From positions 1 through 27,614 of the forward strand of contig CASEDN010000132.1 of the NCBI GenBank assembly GCA_949286645.1: 27,614 nucleotides of DNA, in the 5' to 3' direction. The notes under the pieces are model-generated. The model was not told the origin of the DNA and did not search any database. It saw nothing but the letters and a program-made list of their open reading frames with translations. This stretch comes from an uncultured bacterium (GTDB lineage Bacteria > Bacillota_I > Bacilli_A > RF39 > UBA660). Shown in pieces: positions 17,839 to 27,310 of this stretch (position 1 is the stretch's first letter; each line of letters starts with the position of its first letter). A program made the translations under genes and the position numbers.

Positions 17839-17913
17839 GCGGATGTAGTTTAGTGGTTAGAATATGGCCTTGCCAAGGCTGTGACGGGGATTCGATTTCC
17901 CTCATCCGCTCCA
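17839..17913 (+). tRNA. tRNA-Gly (GCC) with an atypical T-arm
   Basis: GCGGATGTAGTTTAGTGGTTAGAATATGGCCTTGCCAAGGCTGTGACGGGGATTCGATTTCCCTCATCCGCTCCA; promoter TTGCCT-16nt-TACAAT at 17794-17821. Confidence 0.9.
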
Positions 17914-17926
17914 TAATGAATTTAAT

Positions 17927-17951
17927 ACTCGCACTTAATTGTGTGAGTTTT
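17927..17951 (+). terminator. Terminator after tRNA-Gly
   Basis: ACTCGCAC-ttaatt-GTGTGAGT followed by T residues. Confidence 0.7.
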
Positions 17952-17984
17952 ATATTATATAAATTTATTGAAAGGAATAATAAT

Positions 17985-18527
17985 ATGAACGATAGAATAA
18001 CCTTGATATCACTTTTTAACATAGAAGATTTAAATAAAATAAATAATACCATAAATAATGTAACAGAACCATTATGTAAAGTACCATATATAAAGAATAT
18101 AGATAATAGAACATCTATAGATACATTACCTTATCATTTTACTTTATCTGCTTGGAATATAGAAGAAAAGGACTTTATACTGAAAAAACTATCAAATATA
18201 AACTTTAATAGCTTTAAAATAACTGTTAGCAGTATAGAAGTAATGAATAGCAAAGAAAATAGCTATGTATTGTATTTTAAAATTAAAGAAAATAGGAAAC
18301 TAAAAAAATTACAAGAAAAGGTATATAATATTTTACCTATTGAAAAATATAATCCTAATAGTTTTGAGTTTCATATAACTATTCATGTTGATAAAAATTA
18401 CGATAAAATAATTAAAATAAAAAAAGAATTAGAACAAAGTTTTATTCCTTTTGAATTGCCGGTTAGTTCCATAGGATTATTTGAAATATATCCAGCAAAA
18501 TTAGTAGAAAAGTTTAGTAGTGATTGA
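17985..18527 (+). CDS. 2H phosphoesterase (2'-5' RNA ligase/LigT-like family)
   Basis: Two HxT motifs (PYHFTLS and EFHITIH). The true start is ATG 17985 (GAAAGGA RBS); the track's 17724 start reads through the tRNA-Gly gene. Confidence 0.85.
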   Translation: MNDRITLISLFNIEDLNKINNTINNVTEPLCKVPYIKNIDNRTSIDTLPYHFTLSAWNIEEKDFILKKLSNINFNSFKITVSSIEVMNSKENSYVLYFKIKENRKLKKLQEKVYNILPIEKYNPNSFEFHITIHVDKNYDKIIKIKKELEQSFIPFELPVSSIGLFEIYPAKLVEKFSSD

Positions 18528-18534
18528 ATATTAT

Positions 18535-18558
18535 ATAGTCTTTGAAAAACAAGACTAT
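18535..18558. terminator. Bidirectional terminator between convergent genes
   Basis: ATAGTCTT-tgaaaaac-AAGACTAT. Confidence 0.7.
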
Positions 18559-18560
18559 TT

Positions 18561-18977
18561 TTAAATATATTTTCTAAATACATTAGTATCTCTAATAACA
18601 AAACCATTTTTTAAATATAAGTGATTAGCAGCTTCTCTGGAAGACTTAGAAGTTAATTCTATATAACTAACATCATCATTCTTTGCATAATTAAAAATGA
18701 ACTCTAACATTTTAGTTGCAATACTCATATTTTGATAATTACTATCAACGCAAACGTAAGAAAGAAAATAATAATAATATTTTTTAAATGGATTATATAA
18801 TTTATCTACTCTAAGGTAGCCAACTATTTTTTTATCTATAATAGCGACTATACCAAAACTATTAAGGTTATCTTCTAAAGATTTTATATTATCACTGATA
18901 TTAAAATTATCTTTTACTAAATTTATAATCTCATTAAAATCATTGTTAACATACTTTCTAATAACTAAATTATCCAT
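18561..18977 (-). CDS. GNAT-family N-acetyltransferase
   Basis: LSYVCVDSNYQNMSIATKML acetyl-CoA motif and AANHLYLKNGF. Start set at ATG 18977, 6 nt after GGAGG. Confidence 0.9.
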   Translation of the reverse strand: MDNLVIRKYVNNDFNEIINLVKDNFNISDNIKSLEDNLNSFGIVAIIDKKIVGYLRVDKLYNPFKKYYYYFLSYVCVDSNYQNMSIATKMLEFIFNYAKNDDVSYIELTSKSSREAANHLYLKNGFVIRDTNVFRKYI

Positions 18978-19081
18978 AATCATCCTCCAGATTTATCTTT
19001 TCTAAAGTAATTATACATTTATTTTCATAAAATTACAAAAAAATTAACTTTTTCCTGTATAATATAAAAGGAGGTATATAT

Positions 19082-19975
19082 ATGGCAAAAATAAAAAACA
19101 ATCGTTTAAAAACAATTTTATCTTATATTATAATTATATTAGCAGCCACACTAGCTGCCTATTCCCTAGATACTTTTCTAATACCTAATAACATTTTAGA
19201 TGGAGGAGTTACAGGTATATCTATTATAATATCCAAAGTATTCTCTATACCTATTAGTTTACTTGTTATTCTTATTAATATTCCTTTTGTTTATGTGGGT
19301 TATCGTAACTTAGGGAAAAATTTTTTAATAAGAACAATAATCGCGATGTTAACTTTTTCTATCTCTCTTAGTTTCTTTGAATCATTTCATGAAGTTACAG
19401 ATGAAATATTACTTGCAACTATCTTTGGAGGAATTCTTTTAGGAATAGGAGTAGGATTAGTTATAAGAATGGGAGCCTGTGTTGATGGAACAGAATCAGT
19501 CGCTCTTGTTATAAGTAAGAAAACATCTTTATCAGTAGGCCAAATTGTTATGGTATTTAACTTTCTTATCTATGGATGTGCAGCCTTAATCTTTGGAATA
19601 GATAGAGCCCTTTATTCAATCTTAACTTATTTTATAACATTTAAAGTAATAGATCTTGTCTCAGAAGGATTAGAACAAGCGAAAGCAGCTTTAATTGTAA
19701 CTGAGAAGGGTACAGATATGGCTAATGAAATATATAAAAGACTTGGTAGAACGGTAACAAGAATAAATGGTCGAGGACTTTTATCTGGAGAAAAAGAAGT
19801 AATGTATTGTGTCTTAACAAGAATAGAAGTATTTGAACTAAAGAAGATTGCTAATGAAATGGATGAAAGTGCTTTTATATCAATATTAGAAGTATCTGAT
19901 ATTATAGGTAATCATATTAAATCAACAAAAAAGTATAAAACTAAAAAAAGTACTACGAGAATAAAAGAAGTATAA
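19082..19975 (+). CDS. YitT/YczE (DUF161 + DUF2179) family membrane protein
   Basis: LDGGVTGIS, GILLGIGVGLVIRMGACVDGTE and C-terminal DESAFISI motifs. Confidence 0.9.
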   Translation: MAKIKNNRLKTILSYIIIILAATLAAYSLDTFLIPNNILDGGVTGISIIISKVFSIPISLLVILINIPFVYVGYRNLGKNFLIRTIIAMLTFSISLSFFESFHEVTDEILLATIFGGILLGIGVGLVIRMGACVDGTESVALVISKKTSLSVGQIVMVFNFLIYGCAALIFGIDRALYSILTYFITFKVIDLVSEGLEQAKAALIVTEKGTDMANEIYKRLGRTVTRINGRGLLSGEKEVMYCVLTRIEVFELKKIANEMDESAFISILEVSDIIGNHIKSTKKYKTKKSTTRIKEV

Positions 19976-20019
19976 TAATTATAATTTAATAATATAGTTA
20001 AAGTGTAAGGAGTGATACT

Positions 20020-21141
20020 TTGACTATATATACAGTACAAAGAGGTGATACCCTTTATGGTATTGCTAGAAAGTTTGGAGTACCAGTAAGAGAAATAACA
20101 GACCTTAATGGTCTATCTAATGTAAATCGTTTAATGATAGGGCAAGCTTTAGTGATACCAAGTGAAGTATTACCAAGTATTTTAGTAAATGGCTATGCTT
20201 ATCCAACTATTAGTGATACAACTCTTGCTTTAACACTACCTAGTTTGACATTTTTAAGTATCTTTAGTTATCATGTAACACCTAGTGGTAACTTAACACC
20301 AATAAGTGATAGTAGAGCTATAAGAGCAGCAAAAGATAATAATACACTACCAATGTTAGTTATGACTAATATAGGTTCTACTGGTAGATTTGATAGTGAC
20401 CTTGCCCATGCTATTTTATCTAATGAAGAAGTACAAGATAGATTAATATCTAATTTAATAACAACTCTAAGAAATAAAGGTTATGCAGGAGTTGATATTG
20501 ACTTTGAATATGTATATCCTATGGATAAAGAGTTATATAATGATTTTCTAGAAAAAGTAGTAGGTAGACTTCATGAAGAAGACTTTATTGTAACAACAGC
20601 AGTAGCACCTAAAGTAAGAGAAAATCAGACAGGAACTTTATACGAAGCCCATGATTATGCTACTCATGGAAGACTTGCTGATCATGTAATTATAATGACT
20701 TATGAATGGGGTTATACTTATGGACCACCTATGGCTGTTGCACCTCTTAATCAAGTAGAAAGAGTAATACAATATGCCGTTACTGCTATACCAAGTAAGA
20801 AAATACTAATGGGTATACCTAACTATGGATATGATTGGACCTTACCTTATGAACCAGGAAGACCAGCTAGATCAATTTCTAATACTGCTGCAGTAGCCCT
20901 TGCTGTAGAAAAAGGAGTAGAAATCCAATTTGACCCTGTAGCGAAAGCTCCGTATTTTTATTATAAAGATGAAAGTGGAGCCTTACATATAGTTTGGTTT
21001 GAAGATGCTAGAAGTATAAAAGCAAAGCTAGACCTTGTTACTAAGTATAATTTAGGAGGAATTAGTATTTGGACAGTTATGAATTATTTCCCACAGATGT
21101 ATGCTGTTTTAAATAGTAATTTCCAAGTAGAGAAAGGATAA
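20020..21141 (+). CDS. LysM + GH18 spore-cortex N-acetylglucosaminidase-like protein (YaaH/SleL/YdhD family)
   Basis: One LysM (YTVQRGDTLYGIARKFG) and GH18 catalytic GVDIDFE, MTYEWGY and GGISIW motifs. TTG start with an AAGGAGTG RBS. Confidence 0.9.
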   Translation: MTIYTVQRGDTLYGIARKFGVPVREITDLNGLSNVNRLMIGQALVIPSEVLPSILVNGYAYPTISDTTLALTLPSLTFLSIFSYHVTPSGNLTPISDSRAIRAAKDNNTLPMLVMTNIGSTGRFDSDLAHAILSNEEVQDRLISNLITTLRNKGYAGVDIDFEYVYPMDKELYNDFLEKVVGRLHEEDFIVTTAVAPKVRENQTGTLYEAHDYATHGRLADHVIIMTYEWGYTYGPPMAVAPLNQVERVIQYAVTAIPSKKILMGIPNYGYDWTLPYEPGRPARSISNTAAVALAVEKGVEIQFDPVAKAPYFYYKDESGALHIVWFEDARSIKAKLDLVTKYNLGGISIWTVMNYFPQMYAVLNSNFQVEKG

Positions 21142-21160
21142 CCTTCTTTTTTCTTGTACA

Positions 21161-21183
21161 AAAAAACTCTCATATAGAGAGTT
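21161..21183 (-). terminator. Terminator of the tRNA-Arg/Pro pair
   Basis: AACTCTC/GAGAGTT stem with a T-tract on the minus strand. Confidence 0.7.
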
Positions 21184-21194
21184 AATAATCTAAC

Positions 21195-21271
21195 TGGTCG
21201 GGAAGACAGGATTTGAACCTGCAACCCCTTGGTCCCAAACCAAGTGCTCTACCAAGTTGAGCCACTTCCCG
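21195..21271 (-). tRNA. tRNA-Pro (TGG)
   Basis: CGGGAAGTGGCTCAACTTGGTAGAGCACTTGGTTTGGGACCAAGGGGTTGCAGGTTCAAATCCTGTCTTCCCGACCA. Confidence 0.97.
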
Positions 21272-21277
21272 ATAATA

Positions 21278-21354
<77 letters not shown>

Positions 21355-21486
21355 AGCTACATAGGTCTTTCTTTAAAACTGATACTATATTATCACTGTT
21401 TTCTCACTTCGTCAAGTGAATTTTGCAAATTTTCTTTTCTATATGATTATATGTGTGATATCATAAATATATGAGGAGATGATAAA

Positions 21487-22491
21487 ATGAAGATATTAGT
21501 AACAGGAGGACTAGGTTTTATTGGAAGTCATACCTGTGTAGAACTATTAAATGAAAACTATGAAGTTGTTATTATCGATAACTTATCTAACTCTAGTATT
21601 GATGTTTTAGATAAAATAGAAGAAATAACTTCTAAAAGACCTAAATTTTATGAGATTGATGCCTGTGATAAAGAAAAAGTTAGTGTTGTATTTAAAGAAA
21701 ATAAAATAGATGCCGTTATCCATTTTGCAGGATATAAAGCAGTAGGAGAATCAGTTAGTGAACCATTAAAGTATTATCGTAATAATCTAGATTCAACTCT
21801 TACATTATTAGAAGTTATGAAGGGAGAGAATTGTCATAATTTTGTCTTTTCATCAAGTGCCACTGTTTATGGTTCACCTAAAGAATTACCAATTAAAGAA
21901 GATTTCCCGCTATCTACTACTAATCCTTATGGTACAACTAAATTAATGATTGAAAGAATTCTTGCTGATGTTTCTAAAGCCGACAAAGATTTATCTATAA
22001 TTGTGCTTAGATATTTTAATCCAATAGGAGCTCATAAGAGTGGCTTAATAGGAGAAAAACCTAATGGTATTCCAAATAACTTAATGCCATATATTGTTAG
22101 AGTTGCTAATAAAGAATTACCAATTTTAAGTGTCTTTGGAAATGATTATGATACTCATGATGGTACAGGAGTAAGAGACTATATCCACGTAGTTGATCTT
22201 GCTAAAGGACATTTAAAAGCATTAGAGAAGAGTGTCAACTTTAAAGGAATAGAGTACTATAACTTAGGAACAGGAACAGGTTATAGTGTCCTAGATTTAG
22301 TTAATACTTTTGAAAAAGTAAATAATGTTGAAGTACCATATAAAATAGTAGATAGACGTCCTGGTGATATCGCAGCATGTTACGCAGACCCTACAAAAGC
22401 TTATAAAGAACTAGGATTTAAAGCAGAATATGGTATAGAAGATATGTGTAGAGATTCTTATAACTTTATACTTAACAATAAGTCCAACTAG
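21487..22491 (+). CDS. galE: UDP-glucose 4-epimerase
   Basis: [35 protein letters not shown] (YxxxK) and [12 protein letters not shown] motifs. Confidence 0.97.
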   Translation: MKILVTGGLGFIGSHTCVELLNENYEVVIIDNLSNSSIDVLDKIEEITSKRPKFYEIDACDKEKVSVVFKENKIDAVIHFAGYKAVGESVSEPLKYYRNNLDSTLTLLEVMKGENCHNFVFSSSATVYGSPKELPIKEDFPLSTTNPYGTTKLMIERILADVSKADKDLSIIVLRYFNPIGAHKSGLIGEKPNGIPNNLMPYIVRVANKELPILSVFGNDYDTHDGTGVRDYIHVVDLAKGHLKALEKSVNFKGIEYYNLGTGTGYSVLDLVNTFEKVNNVEVPYKIVDRRPGDIAACYADPTKAYKELGFKAEYGIEDMCRDSYNFILNNKSN

Positions 22492-22505
22492 GACTTTCTT
22501 TTTTT
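22480..22505 (+). terminator. Terminator overlapping the galE stop
   Basis: AAGTCC-aacta-GGACTT followed by a T-tract. Confidence 0.65.
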
Positions 22506-22548
22506 GAGAAAATATGATATAATGTAGCCATCAAAAGGGGATGAGGTT

Positions 22549-23247
22549 ATGAGTGATTATGAATTTAAAGAAGAGGTAATGAGAAAAGCTGATAAAAGGG
22601 TGGTAGAGCAAGTAGTAATGTATTTAAAACATCTTGCAATTCACTATAATTTACCTTATAAAGAACTATCTAAACTACAAGATACATTTCTTTATAACTA
22701 TGTAGAATTATCTAAATATCAAAAAGATGATATAAAGCTAGTATTAAAGCAAAAAAATTGTAACCAACAAGCTTTATTAAATGAGTGTATTTATGAAGCT
22801 TTATCATCTAATCCTTTAATTAAATTAGAAGATGTTCCACTTATAAATAAAGTAACTAATGATAAATATAAAATGATATTAGAAACAACAGTTGGAACGA
22901 TTAGATTAGGAAAAGCAAGTGAATATTTTAAAGATACTAAATCATCATACATCTTTAATAAAAAACTAGCTGGTGAGTGTTTTGATAGAACTTTAGAGTT
23001 TGTTAGAGAAAATGAAGAGTATGATGCTGTCGCAAGTTATATACCTAATATCTTTGTAGGAGGACATTACCATGCTTATGCTAAATGTAATGATACTATT
23101 GTAGATTCTGCTAGTAATACAATTTACTTTGATAATACAGGAGAATTAATAGAACAAGGCGATATTATTCTTACTGATAAATATTCTAATATTGGTGGAG
23201 AAATAGGAGAAGAAACACCTCATCTTTTAAAGAGGGCTTTAAAATAA
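22549..23247 (+). CDS. Hypothetical protein with a putative Cys-His-Asp (transglutaminase/papain-like) triad
   Basis: GECF (Cys144), HYHAY (His175) and IVDS (Asp186). Has its own TGaTATAAT promoter and terminator. Confidence 0.6.
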   Translation: MSDYEFKEEVMRKADKRVVEQVVMYLKHLAIHYNLPYKELSKLQDTFLYNYVELSKYQKDDIKLVLKQKNCNQQALLNECIYEALSSNPLIKLEDVPLINKVTNDKYKMILETTVGTIRLGKASEYFKDTKSSYIFNKKLAGECFDRTLEFVRENEEYDAVASYIPNIFVGGHYHAYAKCNDTIVDSASNTIYFDNTGELIEQGDIILTDKYSNIGGEIGEETPHLLKRALK

Positions 23248-23273
23248 CTACTGAACTTAAATGCTCAGTAGTT
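23246..23273. terminator. Bidirectional terminator
   Basis: AACTACTGA...TCAGTAGTT between convergent genes. Confidence 0.75.
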
Positions 23274-23278
23274 TTCTT

Positions 23279-23719
23279 TTACAAATATTCTTTTAATTTT
23301 TTAATAATATCATCTTGAAAATCTTTAAAGTCATTAGCAAGTTCTAAGACTTTATCATCGATTTCTTTATCTTTATACTTCGCTAACTTCTTCTCTAAAT
23401 CGATACTTCCCATAGATACACCTTTAATAAGCATATCAGCCATTGCCGAATCACTATTATCATCCCTAACTTCTTTATCAATACCCATATTAGCCATAAC
23501 TTTAGAAACAATACCATTCTTTTCTTTTTTACAGTTATTCTTATTTAATATCTTTTTAGCATCTTTAAAATATCTTTCATAACCTTTAATAATATCTTCA
23601 ACAGTATCTTTAATCTTGTTATCCTTTTTCTCTAAAGTATTACTAAGCTTAGTTAAAGTAGAAATAGCCATTTCACTATCTTTATAAATATGATTAACAA
23701 TTTCTAAACTTTCATCCAT
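23279..23719 (-). CDS. Conserved all-helical (ferritin-like) hypothetical protein of Firmicutes
   Basis: IYKDSEMA...SDSAMADMLIKGVSMG pattern, recognised as a family common in Clostridia. Fold assignment is inference. Confidence 0.7.
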   Translation of the reverse strand: MDESLEIVNHIYKDSEMAISTLTKLSNTLEKKDNKIKDTVEDIIKGYERYFKDAKKILNKNNCKKEKNGIVSKVMANMGIDKEVRDDNSDSAMADMLIKGVSMGSIDLEKKLAKYKDKEIDDKVLELANDFKDFQDDIIKKLKEYL

Positions 23720-23740
23720 TTAAATCATTCCTTTCATCTT

Positions 23741-23769
23741 TAATATGAACTTTTTTTATTCTTTTATTC
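23741..23769 (-). promoter_or_regulatory. Putative sigma-G (forespore) promoter
   Basis: GAATA-N17-CATATTA exactly fits the B. subtilis sigma-G consensus GHATR-N17/18-CATAHTA, just upstream of the GAAAGGA RBS. Confidence 0.55.
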
Positions 23770-23811
23770 CAAATATTAAGAGAAATTGATATAATTAATA
23801 AGGTAGAGGAA

Positions 23812-24447
23812 GTGGAAAGTATGCTTAAATCCATAAATAATATTTCTATAAATTGCCAGAGTAGTATTAAGATTAGTGATGGCTTAACTATTTATTTTGA
23901 CCCATATGATATAAAAGAAAAAATAAATAATGCCGACTATATTTTCATAACTCATCCACATTGGGACCATTTAGATATAGATTCAATTAATAATATTGCA
24001 AACGAAAAAACTATAATAGTTGGACCATCTAGTGTTATTGAAAAGTTAGATAAAAGTTTAAACTTATTAGAAGTAAAACCTAATATGACTTATAATCTAG
24101 ATAACATTTCTTTTAAGACTATACCTTCTTATAATATAGGACGTGATTATCATCCTAAAGAAGCTTTATATGTTGGATATCTTTTAACTTTTAATGATAT
24201 TACTTACTATATACCAGGAGATACTGATGTAATAGAAGAGTTAAAAGAACTTAATGCAGACGTTATCTTCTTACCCGTAGGAGGAACTTATACAATGAAT
24301 AGGGAAGAAGCAGTAGAACTTGCTAATACAATTAAACCTAAATATGCTATTCCTATTCATTATGGACTTGCCGTAGGAAGTAGAGAAGATGCTAAATACT
24401 TTGTAGATAATTTAAATAAAGAAATAAACAGTAAAATATTTTATTAA
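23812..24447 (+). CDS. Metallo-beta-lactamase-fold hydrolase
   Basis: THPHWDH (HxHxDH), YHPK, YIPGDTD, LPVGGTYTM and IPIHY motifs. The start may instead be ATG 23821. Confidence 0.9.
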   Translation: MESMLKSINNISINCQSSIKISDGLTIYFDPYDIKEKINNADYIFITHPHWDHLDIDSINNIANEKTIIVGPSSVIEKLDKSLNLLEVKPNMTYNLDNISFKTIPSYNIGRDYHPKEALYVGYLLTFNDITYYIPGDTDVIEELKELNADVIFLPVGGTYTMNREEAVELANTIKPKYAIPIHYGLAVGSREDAKYFVDNLNKEINSKIFY

Positions 24448-24461
24448 AAAGGGGTAGTATA

Positions 24462-25583
24462 ATGATAGAATTTAAAAATGTTTTTAAAAAATATAAAAAT
24501 ACTAATGTTCTTTCTAATATTTCTTTTAAAATAGAAACAGGTAATATTGTTTGTCTAATAGGAGAGAGTGGGTGTGGAAAGACTACTACTTTGAAGATGA
24601 TTAATAGACTAATTAATCCTACTAAAGGACATATTTTAATAGATGGAGAAGATATTAATAATAAAAATGTTATTGAACTTCGAAGAAATATTGGTTATGT
24701 TATCCAACAGACAGGTCTTTTTCCTCATCTTTCAATTAGAGAAAATATTGACTTAATTGCAAGATTAAAGAAGATGCCAGAGGATGAAATTAATAAAAAG
24801 ACTAAAGAAATGATGGATATGGTAGGACTAGATATGTCTTATTTAGATAGATATCCTACAGAATTATCAGGAGGACAACAACAGCGAGTAGGAGTTGCAA
24901 GAGCCTTCTTAACAGATCCATCTATAATACTTATGGATGAGCCATTTTCAGCTTTGGATCCTATGACTAGAAATTCTTTACAAGATGAACTTTTAAGGAT
25001 TCAAGAAAAGTTTAAAAAGACTATTGTCTTTGTTACTCACGATATGGATGAAGCGATTAAAATAGCCGATAAAATATGTATTATGGATGGAGGACATATT
25101 ATTCAGTATGATACACCTGAAAACATTTTAAAATATCCTAAAAATAAATTTGTTAGTGACTTTGTAGGACCTAAAAGAATATGGACATCACCTGAGTTTA
25201 TTAAAGTAAAAGATATTATGTTAAAAAATCCTGTAACTTGTAGAGAAAATTTATCTTTATTTAGATGCCTTACTAAAATGAGAAATCTAAAAGTAGATAC
25301 CCTAATGGTTGTGGATAGTAAGAAAAAATATTTAGGTTCTATTATTATAGATGAATTATCAAAAGATTCTGATTTAAAGAAAAGTGCTAGTAACTATATA
25401 TCTAAAAACTCTATTAGTGTTAAAGAAACAGATTCCCTTGTAGATGTTTTAAATGTTGTTAATAATGCTAAAACAACTACTATTCCTGTAGTTAATTCTA
25501 AAGGAATATTACAAGGCTTAATTACAAGAGGTAGTCTTCTTACTTCCTTAAGTAGTCAATTTCTAGAAGGGAGTGATAAGTAA
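24462..25583 (+). CDS. Osmoprotectant (betaine/carnitine/choline) ABC transporter ATPase with CBS domains, OpuCA-like
   Basis: GESGCGKTTT, IGYVIQQTGLFPH, LSGGQQQRVGVARA and MDEPFSALD motifs; C-terminal CBS pair. Confidence 0.93.
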   Translation: MIEFKNVFKKYKNTNVLSNISFKIETGNIVCLIGESGCGKTTTLKMINRLINPTKGHILIDGEDINNKNVIELRRNIGYVIQQTGLFPHLSIRENIDLIARLKKMPEDEINKKTKEMMDMVGLDMSYLDRYPTELSGGQQQRVGVARAFLTDPSIILMDEPFSALDPMTRNSLQDELLRIQEKFKKTIVFVTHDMDEAIKIADKICIMDGGHIIQYDTPENILKYPKNKFVSDFVGPKRIWTSPEFIKVKDIMLKNPVTCRENLSLFRCLTKMRNLKVDTLMVVDSKKKYLGSIIIDELSKDSDLKKSASNYISKNSISVKETDSLVDVLNVVNNAKTTTIPVVNSKGILQGLITRGSLLTSLSSQFLEGSDK

Positions 25584-27148
25584 TGGATTTTTTAGAATAT
25601 ATTGGAAATAATATTGATCAAATTATTTCTTTATTAATAGAGCATATTGAACTAACTTTTCTATCAGTCTTACTTGCTATTGTAATAGGAGTTCCTATTG
25701 GTATTTTAATAAGTTATGTTAAAAAGATAAATAAACCTGTTTTAGGTGTTGCAAGCGTTATTCAAGCGATACCTAGTATGGCTCTTTTGGGTTTTGCTAT
25801 TCCTTTTCTTGGAATAGGTACTACCCCTGCAATTGTAATGGTTGTTTTATATTCCTTACTACCCATTATTAAGAACACTTATACAGGTATTAGCAATATT
25901 GATAGTAATATGATAGAGTCTGCAACTGGTATAGGACTAACTAAATGGCAAATACTTGTAAAAATACAAATACCTCTAGCTTTACCAGTAATTATGGCAG
26001 GAATTAGAATTAGTGCTGTTACAGCGGTAGGATTAATGACAATGGCTGCTTTCATCGGAGGTGGAGGTTTAGGATACCTTGTTTTCTCAGGTATTAGAAC
26101 TGTTAATAATTATCAAATACTAGCAGGTGCAATACCAGCTTGTCTACTTGCTTTAGCAGTCGATTACATTATTGGTATAGTTGAAAAACTAGTAACCCCT
26201 ATAAGTCTTCAAAAGGGGAGTGACTTAGATAAAAAATTACTAAAGAAAAAAAGATTCCATCAAAAGATTATCTTAATAGTAACTGCTATTATCTTAGTCA
26301 TAATCTTTGGTTACACATTTTTTTCATCGAATAAAAATGACAATGCTATTGTCGTAGGTAGTAAAGACTTTACAGAACAAAATATTCTTTGTTATATGGT
26401 AAGTGATGCTATTAAAGAAAAGACAGATTATGATGTAGTAGAAAATTGTAATCTAGGTGGTACTCAAGTATGCTTTGAAGCTTTAAAAAGAAGAGATATT
26501 GATTTATATATAGACTATACAGGTACTGTCTATGGAGATACTTTAAACTATGAACCAATTACTGATATAGAAAAAGTTTATAATACTGTTAAGAATGATT
26601 TAAATAGTAAATATAATATTAAAGTATTAGATCAGATGGGCTTTAATAATACCTATACACTTGCAGTTAAACAGGAGACTGCTAATCTTTATAACCTAAA
26701 GACAATGAGTGATTTATCACGTGTTTCAAGTAATCTTGTTATTAGTCCAAGTCTTGAATTTATCAATAGAGAAGATGGACTAGATAGAGTAAATAGTGTA
26801 TATTCTTATAACTTTAATGATGTTATTGGAATAGATGGTAGTCCAAGATACACTGCTTTAATGAATAATGAAAGTGATGTAGTAGATGCCTTTGCAACAG
26901 ATGGCCTATTAAAGAAGTTTAATCTTGTAGTCTTAGAAGATGATAAAAATGCTTTTCCACCATATTATGCAATACCTCTTGTTAGAAGTGATACTTTAGA
27001 AGAATATCCAGAAATAGAAAATGTATTAAGTAATCTTGGTAATAAGTTAAATAATGACATTATGAGTGAATTAAATTATAGAGTAGATGAAATAGGAGAA
27101 AATCCAAGAGATGTTGCAAGAGAATATCTTGATAGTATAGATTTTTAA
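25583..27148 (+). CDS. Osmoprotectant ABC transporter fused permease/substrate-binding protein (OpuBC/BusAB-like architecture)
   Basis: N-terminal permease (QAIPSMALLG, QIPLALPVIMAGIR, GGGGLG); C-terminal binding domain (VGSKDFTEQ, YTGT, FNNTY, FPPY). Confidence 0.92.
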   Translation: MDFLEYIGNNIDQIISLLIEHIELTFLSVLLAIVIGVPIGILISYVKKINKPVLGVASVIQAIPSMALLGFAIPFLGIGTTPAIVMVVLYSLLPIIKNTYTGISNIDSNMIESATGIGLTKWQILVKIQIPLALPVIMAGIRISAVTAVGLMTMAAFIGGGGLGYLVFSGIRTVNNYQILAGAIPACLLALAVDYIIGIVEKLVTPISLQKGSDLDKKLLKKKRFHQKIILIVTAIILVIIFGYTFFSSNKNDNAIVVGSKDFTEQNILCYMVSDAIKEKTDYDVVENCNLGGTQVCFEALKRRDIDLYIDYTGTVYGDTLNYEPITDIEKVYNTVKNDLNSKYNIKVLDQMGFNNTYTLAVKQETANLYNLKTMSDLSRVSSNLVISPSLEFINREDGLDRVNSVYSYNFNDVIGIDGSPRYTALMNNESDVVDAFATDGLLKKFNLVVLEDDKNAFPPYYAIPLVRSDTLEEYPEIENVLSNLGNKLNNDIMSELNYRVDEIGENPRDVAREYLDSIDF

Positions 27149-27276
27149 GTTTATAAGAACTTGAAAGTGAACTATATTACATGCTAATATTAATATGTAA
27201 AGAAATTTTACATATAAAAAGGGATATCTAGTTTTCCTATGTTAGGTACTACCCTTAAAAGTTATTTTAAGTTATG

Positions 27277-27310
27277 GTACCAACTAAAACGGTTGGTACT
27301 AATTTTATTT
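27277..27310 (+). terminator. Inverted repeat: terminator or operator upstream of the HMA gene
   Basis: GTACCAACT-aaaac-GGTTGGTAC followed by TAATTTTATTT; the right arm also contains a TTGGTA -35 element 17 nt from TATAAA. Confidence 0.55.

Noticed and set aside
17724-17984. N-terminal 87 codons of the 267-aa ORF-track call
   Set aside because: Reads through a promoter, the tRNA-Gly gene and a terminator; the real start is ATG 17985 with an RBS.
17810-18052. 80-aa minus-strand ORF
   Set aside because: Antisense to tRNA-Gly and the start of the 2H gene; spurious.
18398-18607. 69-aa minus-strand ORF
   Set aside because: Overlaps the 3' ends of two convergent genes and their terminator; no RBS.
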